From NCBI GenBank assembly GCA_035084275.1, contig CM068743.1:59024001-59088000 (forward strand): a DNA stretch of 64,000 nt, given 5' to 3'. How positions within the stretch are numbered: position 1 is the stretch's first letter; each line of letters starts with the position of its first letter. This document shows positions 1 to 12,670 of this stretch, piece after piece. The notes under the pieces are model-generated. The model did not search any database. It was given only the letters and a program-made list of their open reading frames with translations, and had not been told where the DNA came from. A program made the position numbers and the translations under genes. Source of the stretch: Hydrolagus colliei (lineage: Eukaryota).

Positions 1-61
1 GAACAGAATTTAATGCAGCAGATAGGTAGCTGGAGAAAATGGTGAGCACTTCTACTCCAAT

Positions 62-470
62 AACTACAACAACAACAACTTGGATTTATATAGTGCCCTC
101 CACTCCGGATGGCGTTTCAGAGCAATTCCCAATAACGGATCCCAGGTCAGAGAGAGGAGGAAACAGTGGCCGAAAGTACGGTCGAAAAGAAAGTTCTTTG
201 AAAATATACCTGAAAATAGGAAGAGAGGGGACAAGGCAAAGGGAGTGAGAAAGGGAGTTCCAGAGCCTTGGGGGCAAAGTGGTTGAAGGCACGGCCAGTG
301 ATGGTGGAGCTGAGGATTCAGGGGACAAGGAGGAAGCCAGACCCGGTGGATCGAAGGCAATGGGTGCTGTTGTGAGGAGAGAGGAAGTCAGAGAGATAGT
401 GGGGTGCAGAAGAGTGGAGGGATTTGAATAAAAAAGTGAGGATCTTGAAATCAACCTGTTCTGAGACAAT
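62..470 (-). mobile_element. L2 LINE, 5'-truncated 3' end (tail type A)
   Basis: Minus strand carries a frameshifted L2 ORF2 C-terminus (PRLWNSLSHSLCL..., FKELSF) and ends in the GAAACGCCATCCGGAGTGGAGGGCACTATATAAAT stem-loop plus (TTG)n tail; homologous to 11019-11420. Confidence 0.9.
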
Positions 471-1254
471 GAACATTACCTTTTAACTATATTTTAGTAT
501 TTATTTTCAGACATTCAGATTGGAGCATAGGGTTCTAGTAACCTATTCACTGATGTGAAATAGTTGAATCGATTTTATGTAGTAAAAAACCTAGGTGAAA
601 TCTCACAGTGCAGGACATGAACAGAAATGGAAAGAATAGGAAAAGGAGAGCAAATCAAAGTTACTGGAATCTGATATTGCTATTGGAGAAGATAAATCAA
701 GAAGCAGTGGTTGAGAGTTTTACCTGAAGGTGTTTAAATGTCTGTTGAATTGAATGGATGGTTTGCATTCAGATTTTCCTGAGTCGGTGAGATCTAATAG
801 TTACTTCTCTTGCCCTGTTGATAGATAACATAGAGTTCTATTTCGTATTTTTTCCATCTAGTTTTAAAAAGCGAATGCCAATAAAATTGATTTATACAAT
901 ATCACATTGATGGGTCACAGCTATTTTTTTTTTAGCAGTTTTGGTATTAGAGGACTTTTTGTCCTCACTATAGATAACTATAATGTCTATCTTGATTTGA
1001 CATTTAAATAAAACCCACCACAATAAGACTGAATCAATGACACATAAGTTTTTAAGTCTGTTAAAGGCTTTAATGTTCTGCTGGGATTTATGATAAAGAC
1101 ATCATAAACCATATGGGGTCTAACGTCTAACCTGACTTAAGAGGTCAATGTTAATGTTGATCTCTTGAAACTAAGTTGTTCTTTTGACCTCAAGATTGTG
1201 ATTGTAACTTTCGACATCCCATTTAGAGGGATTGCTGCATTATTAGACCTCAGA

Positions 1255-1450
1255 AAAAAGCCATGGGAGGAGAAGGGTAACCAAAGACACAGTCACAGAG
1301 GAGGGTCTTGAGATGTGCTTTGAAGGAGGCAAGGGAGGGAGCTTCGCAAATGGAATGTGAGTTGGAGTTCAAAGGGTGGGGGCAGAGAGGCTGACAGCCT
1401 GACTGCCGATGGCAGGGTAGGCCGGGTGTGGGACGTAGATCAGGCCGGAG
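1255..1450 (-). mobile_element. Degraded L2 LINE 3' fragment
   Basis: Minus-strand ORF ends SLASFKAHLKTLLCDCVF, the L2 ORF2 terminal motif also seen in other copies here. Confidence 0.75.
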
Positions 1451-1599
1451 CCTTCTGAGAGGTGGGAGCAGACAACCTCCAGAGCACGCTATTAGTACAT
1501 ACAGCGTGTAAAATGTTTCAAAGTTATTCCTTGGCTCTTCCTCATTTTCTATGTGACTTTCCGGAGGGTGTTGTCTGATGTTGGTTACGTCCAAGAGTC

Positions 1600-2049
1600 A
1601 GTCCAGAGGATCAAATTTAAGATCCTCGTCCTCACCTACAAGGCCTTACACGGCCTTGCCCCATCCTACCTAGCCGATCTACTCTCCCCCTACACGCCCA
1701 CCCGGGCCCTCCGTTCAACAGGACTTGGCCTGCTCCAAGCCCCCCGCCCGAACCGCCCCACCATCGGAGGCCGGGCCTTCAGTTTCTCCGCTCCCACCTT
1801 ATGGAATGCCATCCCTCAATCCCTCAGTTTCACCTCTTCCCTTTCCTCTTTCAAGGCCGATTTGAAGACTTTCCTCTTCGATCGTGCCTTTTGTTCCACC
1901 CCGAACTCTTTTACCTCCCCTTCGTGTTTCACCCCTTCCCAAACACTCCCCTCCCAGCTCGGGTCACACGCCTCTTGTTTAGCGCCTTGAGACGTCCTCC
2001 CGACGTGAAAGGCGCTATATAAATGTAAATTGTTGTTGTTGTTGTTGTT
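1600..2049 (+). mobile_element. Young L2 LINE 3' end (tail type B)
   Basis: Uninterrupted QRIKFKILVLTYKALHGLAPSYLADLL...GGRAFSFSAPTLWNAIP...SFKADLKTFLF, then AGCGCCTTGAGACGTCCTCCCGACGTGAAAGGCGCTATATAAAT and (TTG)n. Confidence 0.95.
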
Positions 2050-2164
2050 CTTGGGTGATCCAAGACATTCAGTATCAGCAGGCTTTCTACCTCAGGATGC
2101 TGGGGGTGGAGAATTACAAATAAGCCAAATTCTATCCCCAGTAATATCCACATATCCATTTTCC

Positions 2165-2285
2165 ACCAGGGATTGTTGGCCAGGACACAGGGAGAAATTG
2201 CCTTCTCTTTACAAATAGTGGCATTAGATCTTTATCATCCACTTGACGAGACAGAAAGGGACGTTAGTGTAACATCTCATATTAC
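2165..2285 (-). mobile_element. Old DeuSINE (SacSINE1-like) central fragment
   Basis: Reverse complement matches the GTGGATG...AAAGATC...CACTATTT...GTGTCCTGGCCAACAAT block that recurs at 6390-6460, 20860-20930, 28690-28760 and 53280-53350. Confidence 0.65.
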
Positions 2286-3000
2286 TGTACAATGGGTTAG
2301 CATTTGAACTGTGAGTGTCATTTGTAATGAAGCTGGCCCAGGGTGGAATAAATGAAACAAGGGTGCGTTGAAATAAGGCACAGATAAGGTCAACAGACCG
2401 CAACAAACATTGCCAAGCCTCCCATTCACTGTGAGCATTAATATTTTAATAATGTAAATGTTCGGTATGTTGTTGGTATGTTAGTTTGTTAGACTTGATG
2501 TTTTGTATTTCTTTGTTTACAGATCAGAAACAAAAGAATAGTGGTCTCTATATTATGTTATGTGATGCTGGATCATAATTTCATCCACAGAGCAGCACAG
2601 GAAATGCTAGAAATGAAAAGCTTAGTTAGCTCAATAAAAAATGAGAAATGGTTCAATCTCGCTTATGAATGAGACCAAGAAAAGTCTTAATTAGTTTTTG
2701 GCACTAAATAATGGCTATAATCCCTGTGTAACACTGAATGCGCCCATATTAGATCCAAAAAAAGTCAATATGAATGGACCAATGTTGGCAGGAAGCAATG
2801 GTTACTCAGCAAGAGGTTTGACCCTTGATCTGCTCATGCCATTACATTATGTAAGGACCAAGTTTAGCATATCATTGATTGAGAACATGTCAGAGAGTTG
2901 AGGTTTCTCACAGTAAAGTTGTAAAGCCCATTTAATCTGAAAATAAATGAACATCAAACATCTTTTAGTAAAGATTTTGTTTGGTGTATCTGTAGTTATT

Positions 3001-3280
3001 GTGGAGTTACAAGGCCCACATCAAGTTCAGGGCAAAACCTTGGGCAAGTTTCCTTTCTCCACATGCCTAATAATAATCCCTCCTAAAAAATACAATGATA
3101 AAAATTGGTCATTTTAATCTACAACTGTTTGTGGGACACTGCTGTGCGCAATTGGCTGCCACATTTATTTTGCCTACAAATGTACAGTCAACTCATTTTA
3201 CAGTACATTCTGTGAAGCGCTTTAAGATGTCTAGAAGACGTGAAAAGCATTATATCAAATACAAGGATTATTATTATTAT
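3001..3280 (+). mobile_element. tRNA-derived DeuSINE, head partly deleted
   Basis: AAACCTTGGGCAAGTTTCC, Deu core GTGGGACACTGCTGTGCGCAATTGGCTGCC, and tail GTGAAAAGCATTATATCAAAT...GGATTATTATT, all shared with the full copies. Confidence 0.9.
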
Positions 3281-6204
3281 GACACTGTGTGGCTGGGTTT
3301 CTGCTGCTGTTAGGAAATCTTGGGAAGCATCAAACACAATGGCTTTATTTCTGTTCTGATTAGTAGAAAGCATTCAGAGAATTATTTTTTATTCTAGCTT
3401 TATTTATACAAGAATAGTTTCTGTATTCAGCAAGAATACTTTAATTAGGCTCAATGCTAATTTAACCAAGGTGTGCCCTGCCAGGGAGAGAGTGCACATT
3501 TCTTTCCAGAATCAAGGAAATGTCCATGTTTAGGTGGCATACATATGTGGAAGTTTCCTTAGTTTCGTATTGTTGGGTTTCCATATGAGTCAGACACTCA
3601 GTTGACCAAACAAAAATTGTTCAATTTCCCCTGGGTTAGGGAGAAGAAAAATCAATAAAGTTCCCATTCCTGATATCCATGAAGGAGTGTGGAAACAGGA
3701 TGAGAATAGGATATTCTTTGACTTGAACACTTCCCTTGTTTGTGTATCTGCTGACATTCACTGCTAAGCACACCCATGGAGAATGGCTTCTTAAATAAAG
3801 CATTGGAGGGGACACCTATCACGTCTCTGGGTAGCAGTTTGAAAGGAAACCACAGCACAGTTTCCCCTTAACTGAGGTCATTTTTAGCATTCCATCTGCT
3901 GCCCTGGCTCACTGACTTTGGCTAACTCAATACATTTGGATTAGTTTTACTACAAAACACATAGTCACTCCATTTCCCAATGTGAAAGCCGCTGTACCAA
4001 ATGTAAGGATTTTTATCATATTAAGATCTGTGGCTTTTCGGTCTAAATGGACCTCTTTAGCATCACATTTTGCCTGGTTGCAATAAGTCATCGGGGAATC
4101 TGTAAAATATATAGTTAAGTTTAACACAGCAGGTTTATTTTAGAACTGTTTATCTTGCTATAAATGCAATCTCCAGTGAGAAAAAGCCACACTAAAACTG
4201 TGCACCTTAATTTTTCATTATTTCTGAATTATTTCTCACCTGCTTTCAAATTGCACTGGATTACACTGGATTACTCACTAAAGAGCTTTTTTTGTGGCCA
4301 TGGTAACATTGAGGTAAATAAAACTCATGTTTTGCATTCAGTGCAGTTCTGGGCTACCCAACCAATTTAAGTAAGTTTTCCTTGATTAAATTTACTCAAA
4401 GATTTTTCAAAGGATCTCATGCAAAATCTTTAAGCATATTTAAGCAAGGAAAACTGTAACATACAAACTGTACATATAGGTAGTTTTAATTCAATGATGT
4501 GCACCACACAAAATGGAAGTGCTGCTTTTAGTTAGGAGTTAGAAGGATCATGTGATGTTCAGTTCAGCCCAGTTTGAACTCAAATGAGCAGGATCTTGCA
4601 TGTATGTTCCAATCATTTGAAGTTAACGACTTTTACTGTGTTGTCACAAAAACATTAGCAAAGTAATTTGTTTTTCTGCACGAATGGTGACAGCAGAGCT
4701 AACCCTATTAAAAAGCACTCTTCAGATCTCTTCAACAGTCTGCTGCATTCAATAACTGTACAGCTTGAAGCATTATGAAAGATAAATTATTGAATATTCT
4801 GTCCCATTGTGTAAACACTCGAGTGGTTTTATGCAAACCTCTTGTTCCAGGAGCTATTTTGTATATTTGATCCCCAATTTAATTTTAGCTGTCCTTTTAA
4901 ATTTGGAGTGTGCTGGAGGCTGTTTTAGGGGGTTTTGCTGCTGAGCTGCCTGTTGTGTGCTTGACGTGATGAAAATGACTGGATCACTCGGAGTAAAAGT
5001 CAAACAGTCAACCTGCTAGATAATTAATTGACGTACGTGCTTAAATGCATTAATAAGCTTAAAGAAGACAATGGAGCCCAATGACGCAGGTTAGGGATAA
5101 TAGTGTGGCACCAGGTTTGTTGTGTATCTGGTCCACAGAGACCGGGCCATTTGAATGCTATTTGAAAGCTTGCAAACTTAAGTCTTAAATGGTAATAACT
5201 GTTTTGTAACAGGCTTCACCTAATAATAAAAGGTAAAATCTGTTAGTGTTATGATGCACTACGTGCGTCCCATCCATGATCAAATTAATTAGGTCTCAGG
5301 CTAGGATAAATCTAATTGATTTGCTAACTCAAGTCAGGCTCAACAGGAATTTTGTTTGTTGTTTGAATCTTGTGGGCTGAGCCAATTATGAGGTATGCTT
5401 ATTTATACAGTACCATTAAGTAATTTTATTTCAGTAAATTGCAGGGAACAATATGGAGCTCGGCCGTGACTCACTCTTGCGCTTGGAGATATAATTGATA
5501 AAACAATAGCTCATGCAATATTGATCCCAATTCAGTTATCAAGTGTTCATATTTCACATCTATTTAATAAACCTCATGACTACATACAAGTAGTGCTTAA
5601 TAAATGTTTAATGATTTTATATTTGACTCACTTCAATAAATCATTTACCAACTGAGTTTGTAACTGTTGCTCTTTTCAATAAACCTTGAATGAATTTTAT
5701 GCAGGTATCTTAAATCAGCTTCGCTGAGTTGTATTCATGCAATTTTAACTCTTGAATAGCATATTCTATTTGTATTATTGAAACTTGAATATATTTTTCA
5801 TCAAGCATTTATCTCGTAAACTGTTAATCCAGCTTGTGTTGCCATTGGAGAATGTCTGTGTCTGAGACATTACCAGGTAAAGCAATGAAAGTTCACAGGC
5901 GGACAAGTTTCCAGTTATTGGATCCCAAGATTAATAAAATCCTTATTTGTTTGGGATAAACCAAAAAACACAAGGAGTTTAACATTTATATATTTATTTA
6001 AGCACATATAAGCAACCACATAGCTCCAATATATCAATTACATTCCTTAATTAAGGGACATCACATTTATTTATATGTGTATATATGTATATAATATTAG
6101 GATTTAACATAGTGCCGTATCATGTCAATGAGATATCTCAGAGTACTTAACAGGAATTATTGTAGTGTAGTGACTATGAATTTATGGGCAAACACAGCAG
6201 TCAA

Positions 6205-6630
6205 CCTGTTTAGTTGCAGCACTTTTGCCTCTGAGTCAGAAAGTTTGTAGATTCCAAACCCTACATTGGTATTTCAATCTCACAATCCAGGCTGATACTT
6301 CAATGCAGTGTTGGGGGAAGCACTGCATTGATAAATATGCCATTCGTTGGATGAAATATTAAACCAATGAACTATTTCCCTGCTTCAGGTGGATGTTATA
6401 AATCCCATAGAACTATTCAGAAAGAGAATGGGATTTCTCATGTTGTCCTGGCTAACAATTCTTTTAGGCAAAATTGGTTACGAATTTCATGGCTGTTTTT
6501 TTAGGTATTGCTGTGAGCAAATGGGCTGCTTTGTTCACCTATAAAATATAGTTGCAACACTCACAAGTGAATCCTGTGGAATGCTCTGTAATATTTTGAT
6601 GATTTGATTAAGGGCCGCATCAAATTATGT
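6205..6630 (+). mobile_element. Old near-full-length DeuSINE (SacSINE1-like)
   Basis: GCCTCTGAGTCAGAA head, CAGGTGGATGT...GTCCTGGCTAACAAT centre, decayed Deu core and tail. Confidence 0.7.
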
Positions 6631-7219
6631 TGTACAACGTATGTCATATGTAACACGTTCTGTACAGGTACGGAATGTTTTTACTTGGTGGGTTGCCATG
6701 TCTCTTTGCAAGTCTAGAGATAAAGTCCATGTGGGGAAAAGTGCAGACTAAGCAGTGCTGAATTGTTAGTACCGCTTTCAATGTTATTGTCCATCATACC
6801 AGTTCTATAGTACCAAAGTGACAACAGAGTGGGTGCCTGATTACCTCCTTGAGTTTAAGAATCAAATCATATTTGGATGTAGGATCTAATATGAAGTGAC
6901 TTTGACAGAGCAGCAATGGAGCTTCTATTTAACCTTCTATTGTCCTGTCAGTAAAATAATCCTTCATATTTCATCCACTTGTAGTTCACGTATTTTCAGA
7001 TCATGTTATTCTTCCTTTCTCTGTGTATCAAAATGGTAAAGTGCTCACATCTTTATGACTTTCACCTCTTGATAATCTTATAATCAAACAGCTGGGGGTG
7101 GGAATGGGAGGCACAGATTGGTGAAATGATTGAATATGTTAGCATTTCACTTAATTGGGATCTGGATTTAAAACCATACCACCATGTCAAGTTCAGTTGG
7201 CAGACTCTAATATACGAGT

Positions 7220-7625
7220 CTGGAGATTGTGTGTTCAAGCCTCAATTCAAGCCAAGCCTTCGGCTCAGAGTCAACTTTTATTGCATTTGAAGTGCTTTGA
7301 GACATTGCCTGAAGTGAAAGGAACTGTGTCAATGTAAATTGTATTGTAATGCTGAGAGATGCTGTACTTTGAACGAGAAATTAAACCAAGCTCCTGTTTG
7401 TCTGTTCTTCAGGTGGATTTAAAAATTCTGTGATATTTTTCTCTGACTAACCCAACTCTCGATAAATTGGTCATTAATCTGTTGGCTGTTTGTGGGACCT
7501 AACTGGCTCAAATAACCTCCATGAAAACTGCTTACAAAACAAATCACTTACATTTGACAGCAATTAATTGTCAGGGGCTTTGAGAATTCTTTGCACAATA
7601 AAGGGCTATAAAAATGCAATTTCCT
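7220..7625 (+). mobile_element. Old DeuSINE remnants
   Basis: CAGGTGGATTTAAAAATTC, TTGGTCATT...GGCTGTTTGTGGGACC and GGGCTATAAAAATGCAA tail blocks. Confidence 0.55.
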
Positions 7626-7649
7626 TACTTATATTTACTTTTATATTTA

Positions 7650-7715
7650 CCAGCGCTTCGGGACGTCCTCCTGGCGTGAAAGGAGCTATACAAATATAAT
7701 TTTGTTGTTGTTGTT
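7650..7715 (+). mobile_element. Ultra-short L2 3' tail insertion
   Basis: CAGCGCTTCGGGACGTCCTCCTGGCGTGAAAGGAGCTATACAAAT plus (TTG)n only. Confidence 0.8.
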
Positions 7716-8019
7716 GGTAGGTCAACTAGATCCTATACTGATGTGAAAATTTACACTGTCTTTGAGCACTCAGGGATTAATGTGAAATGCTTTTGGACAG
7801 TCTGTCTAATTCAGCATTGTGGGGTGAAAAATGTAATTTGTGATCTGATAATTATGACTGGTGATGATTATCACAGCACAATTTTTTTGTCAAAACTGGT
7901 TTTTAATAATTATAAAATAGTTATAAAATTTTGAACGCCAGCAAACTCACAATTTAGACATAGACATATATTTAGACAAGTGCTATATATATGTGTGTAT
8001 GTGTATGTTTTACAAACTC

Positions 8020-8350
8020 CATGGTTTCCAAAGACACATGGATAGATTGGTATTACTGGGTTTGATTTGGTACCCCAGGGGATACAAAATTATTTCCAGG
8101 GGATACAGGTGGCGGTACATTGATTTATTTTGCTCTCTTATTTAGCGTTTTATAGCCTTCCAAATTGTATATTTAATTGTTATTCCCCTCGGTTTGTGTG
8201 TTCCAGTTATTTTGTTATATAAGAAAAGCTTGGTCATAAAATGGAAGTGGAATGAGTGGGGTGGTGTGCGTGTATGTAGTTGGGTGGGGGTACACGATAA
8301 TGTTGAAAATTAACAAGGGATACATGACTGAAAAAGGTTGAGAACCACTG
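8020..8350. mobile_element. Degraded Charlie-type hAT non-autonomous element
   Basis: Right end AAAAAGGTTGAGAACCACTG (reverse complement CAGTGGTTCTCAACC) followed by GTCTAGAG, the Charlie-type NTCTAGAN target; internal GGGGATAC/GGGGTAC repeats. The left TIR is only weakly visible. Confidence 0.55.
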
Positions 8351-9050
8351 GTCTAGAGGGTGCAAAAAGGAGGTGGCAGATTATGCTCTGATGGAGTTCC
8401 AGTCCCAGATCATCCACAATTGATAAATGATTTGCGATTACAATCAAAACAGTTACACATTCCACCTATTTAAAATTCTACTTTTTAATCCATTTAAATT
8501 ATCCAAGATACAGAAATGAACTTGGCCAAATACACTGCAGTTTTTTGTTAGAACTGATGCGAATAGTCTCACAGAGTTAATTGCCTGCTGTTTGGGCAAC
8601 ACCATGCGTCTGTAGCATTGTATCTGCTCAGTGCTCAGTGCATTGATCTCATAGAGTACTGGATGATACTCCTATCTTCTCAGATTATATTACAGATAAT
8701 CCAGTGTTTTGGGAGCAAGAACTGAAAGGCAGCTCTGGGACCATGTGTATATAAATGTAAGTTGTGGTTGTGGTGGTCGCACATTTCCAAGTTACACTCT
8801 GCACCACCGCAGCAAGAATCAACCAATGGCCCACAAAACAGAAACTAGGATAGTACTTGTTTGTGAAGCGAGCCCATATTACTCTTAATAATGTATGCCA
8901 AAAAGGTTTATTCACATATGTGTAATATATACCAAATTCCCCCAAAGTGTAGAAAAGGCACCTGCATATTACAATACACATTGTACCCTGCCCCAAAATA
9001 TGGTTTATAATGTAATGTTCATTGGCTCACTTTGATGTAAACTAAGGGAA

Positions 9051-10048
9051 CATAGATTCATAGAATCATAGAATTTTACGGCACAAAAGGAGGCCATTCG
9101 GCCCATCTAGTCTGTGCCGGCTCTTTGAAAAGAGCGATTTAATCCCACTGCCCTGCCCGCTCCCCATAGCCTAATAGACCTGTTCTCCCTAAATAAAGAT
9201 CTAATTCCCTTTTAAAAGTTGTTATTGAATCAGCCTCCACCACCTTTTCAGGCAATGCATTCCAGATTCGAACAACTCGCTGAGTGAAAACATTTCTCCT
9301 CAGCTCCCCTCTACTTCGCCTTGAAACTATTTTAAATCTGTGACCACGAGTCACAGATTCGCCCACGAGTGGAAATAGTTTTTCTCTATTTGCCCTGTCG
9401 AAACCCCTCATGATCTTATAAACCTCTATTAGGTCTCCCCTCAATCTTCTCTGCTCCAGAGAGAATAACCCTAGCCTATCTAGCCTCTCCTCATAGCTGA
9501 AGTCCCTCAATCCTGGCACCATCCTAGTAAATCTTCTTTGTACCCTTTCCAATGTCTTCACATCCTTTCTGTAGTGTGGTGACCAGAATTGAACACAGTA
9601 TTCCAGCTGAGGCCTCACCAAAGTCCTATAGAGGTTAGTCAGCACTTCCTGACTTGTACTCTATACCCCTATTTATAAAGCCTAGTATCCCATATGCCTT
9701 CTTAACAGCCTTGTCTACCTGTCCTGCCACCTTCAACGAGTCACTAACACAAATCCCCAGGTCTCTCTGTTCCTTTACACCATTTAAAATTGTACTATCT
9801 AGACTATATTGCCTCCCTTCATTTCTTCTCCCAAAATGCATCACCTCACACTTCTCTGCATTAAACTTCATCTGCCATGTGTCTGCCCACTTTACCAATT
9901 TGTCTATATCCTCTTGCAGATGGCAACTATCCTCCTCACTATTTACTATTCTCCCTAACTTAGTGTCATCTGCAAACTTGGAAACTGTACTCCGTACACC
10001 CAAGTCCAGATCATTGATGTAGATTACAAACAGCAATGGTCCCAACAT
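9051..10048 (-). mobile_element. CR1 LINE, 5'-truncated, RT C-terminal half with one frameshift
   Basis: Two ORFs (LGPLLFVIYINDLD...SKFADDTKLG... and LYRTLVRPQLEYCVQFWSPHY...VRIWNALPEKVVEA) joined by a frameshift near 9645; (ATTCTATG)n-type tail at 9051-9074. Confidence 0.96.
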
Positions 10049-10091
10049 GTCGGATTATAATAAATAATAACAATCCGAGCAATTGACATAA

Positions 10092-10385
10092 ACTATATAT
10101 ATAAGCCTTAGGTATGTTTCCGCAATTGTGTCCTCCTAACGTGTAGGGCGCTGTGTCAAATCTATTTTCTATATATATAAAAGCTTTAGGTATGTTTCCG
10201 CAATTGTAACAACAAACTTCTAAAAGGAAAACAAAAAACAATACACCTTAAAAACAACAACAAAGAAAAACAACCCAGTTTTTTTTGTGAACAACAAATA
10301 CATTATTTTAAAAAAAGTTTCGAAATATATGAACAAACGTGTTCAAAAATACTAGGCCACGTATGTTACGCTGGGGTATAGCTAG
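10092..10385 (+). mobile_element. Probable non-autonomous Helitron
   Basis: 5' A|TCTATTTTCTATATATATAAAAGC at 10161, with a duplicate 5' unit at 10093; 3' hairpin CCACGTA-TGT-TACGCTGG (10357-10374), then CTAG|T at 10382-10386; no TIR or TSD. Confidence 0.62.
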
Positions 10386-11018
10386 TACCTAGAATGTCTT
10401 AAATGGCTTCACAGGCAATGCAAGTACAGCCGCTGTATATTTGCATGGAAACTCTCTGCTGGTTGTCAATATGAAGTTGCAGTGCCCATTAATAGATCAC
10501 ACCACCAAGGTTGATAAATGTACTAATACAGAGGATTTCCTTGGGCAACAGTGCTCCAGATTAACCGGTCTTTCACCAGTTAATGTGGCTGTTTGTGGGC
10601 CTTTGCTGGTGTAAATAGCTGTCACCTTTTCCAACATAAGCAGTCACTACAACTGATGGTAATTATTGTAAAATGCTTTCAAACATTCTGACATGCTAAA
10701 AGCTATAAAATGATACGGTTCTTTCCCTCTAGCCCACATTGTACATTACAATTGAGCTCCTTTAATTTGAATCTTTTCAAGAGAAAGACGATTTTTATGC
10801 GATGAAATGCCTTTAAAATATTATAGGATTATGGAAGAAAATGTGCTTTCCATACAGCCTTTGCTGTGCAATCAAGCCAATGGAGCTTCCACTGCAATAT
10901 GCTATTTTTCAAACATTGTTTTAAACTCCTTGTCTCATGTTTCATCCTGTCAGAATGCAGGGAATGCATGGCTGCTCTTTGCTGAATCAACCTTACTATC
11001 ACAGGAATTAAGTAAAAT

Positions 11019-12095
11019 ACAACAAACAACAACAACTTCAATTTATATAGCGCCCTCCACGCCGGACGGCGTCTCAGAGCGCTTCACAATAGCGGATCCC
11101 GGGACCGAGCCAGGAGCAAGGGTAGAAAGGTGACCAAAGGCGCGGTCGAAGAGAAAGGTCTTCAGCTGGGACATGAAACTGAGAAAGGTGGGGGCAAGAC
11201 AAAGGTAGTAAGGAAGGGAATTCCAGAGCCTCGGGGCAATGACTGAAGGCCCAGCCGCCGAGGGTGGAGCGGAGGATTCGGGGGACATGGAGGAGGCCAG
11301 ACCCGGTGGAGTGAAGGCAACGGGAGCTGGTTTGAGAAGAGAGGAGGTCAGAGATGTAGGGGGGGTGCAGAGGAGTGGAGGGATTTGAAAACAAGGGTAA
11401 GGATCTTGAAGTCAATCCTCTCAGGGATAGGGAGCCAATGAAGTCTGGCAAGGACTGGGGTAATGGGGGAGCGAAGTTTGGTGCGGGTGATTATGCGGAT
11501 GGCAGAGTTTCGGATGAGCTGGATTTTATGGATTGTGGTGGAGGGGAGATCAGCGAGGACGGCATTTGAATATTCCAGCTGTGAGGTGATGAAGGCATGG
11601 TCCAGGGTTTCAGCGGCTTTTGGGGTGAGGTATTGCCGGAGACGGGCAATCTGTCGGAGGTGGAAAAAGGCGGTGCTGGTGAGGGACCAGATGTGGGGGA
11701 AGAAGGACAGTTGGGGGTCGAACCTGACGCCAAGGTTGCGCACAGGTTCGGAGAGTTTCAGGGGGAGACCGGGAAGGTGGAGGAGGTGAGAGCCATGTGA
11801 ATGGAGACATTGATGAGAGCCAAACAGTATGGCCTCCGTCAACATTCAGCTGCAAGAAATTTGCTCATCCAGCTCCTGATGTCTGACAGGCAGGCTAACA
11901 GAACATCAGGGGACTGGGGGTCGTAAAGTGAAGTGGAGAAATAGAGTTGGTTGTCATCCGCGTACATGTGGAAGTGTGCCCCATGTCTGCGGATGACATC
12001 CCCAAGAAGGAGCATATAGTTGAGGAAGAGGAGGGGGCCAAGGATGGTTATGTGGGGTACCCCACAGGTAACTGGGTGAAAGCGGGAGGAAAAGC
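11019..12095 (-). mobile_element. L2 LINE, 5'-truncated, frameshifted RT (tail type A)
   Basis: CGVPHITILGPLLF...FHMYADDNQLY, VRNLGVRFDPQLSF...LHWLPIPERIDFKILTLVFKSLH, then the stem-loop tail and (TTG)n. Confidence 0.95.
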
Positions 12096-12439
12096 TGTTT
12101 GTGTCAAAATACCTGCAGCACAACAGAATTGTTTCCTCTTCAACTATTTTCAGCTCAGACTGGCAAAAAGCAGCTTCAGGGAAATACCAGTCTTGCTTTT
12201 TCTGGTTCTGTGGGTTTGGCAGGAGAGTGAGGAGCCATGGTTGGAGGCCATAAATCCTGTCCCCCGAATGATCCATCTGTGTAGGTTATCGGATCCTCTG
12301 AACATTTTGTATATCTCACACTAACCGAGAATATGAGCATTATGCTCAGTTCCTATGGAGAGAGTGGCTCGGGTTAGCAACACATGACAGGAACCAATGT
12401 GGGTGTTTAACAATGGAGGCAGATATTGTAGATCCACCC

Positions 12440-12670
12440 AATTGGTAGCCAAGCTTTCACATCCCCAAATTCTGGAACTCTCTGCCTCTACCTCTCTTTC
12501 TCATTCCCTTTCTATCTGTCTTCAAGTCCTGTCTCAAAACATACCTCTTCAATCATAGTTATGGTGACTTCCACTTCCTCTCTCCCTCATCTGCTGGACC
12601 ACTTCACTGTGAAGTACTTTGAGATGTTGTCCTATATGTACAGCATTACATAAAATGCAGGCTGTTATTA
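12440..12670 (+). mobile_element. Old L2 3' fragment
   Basis: CTGGAACTCTCTGCCT...TTCAAGTCCTGTCTCAAAACATACCTCTTC and a decayed tail. Confidence 0.6.

Noticed and set aside
9139-10048. Intact reverse transcriptase gene
   Set aside because: 5'-truncated and frameshifted CR1 copy; non-autonomous.
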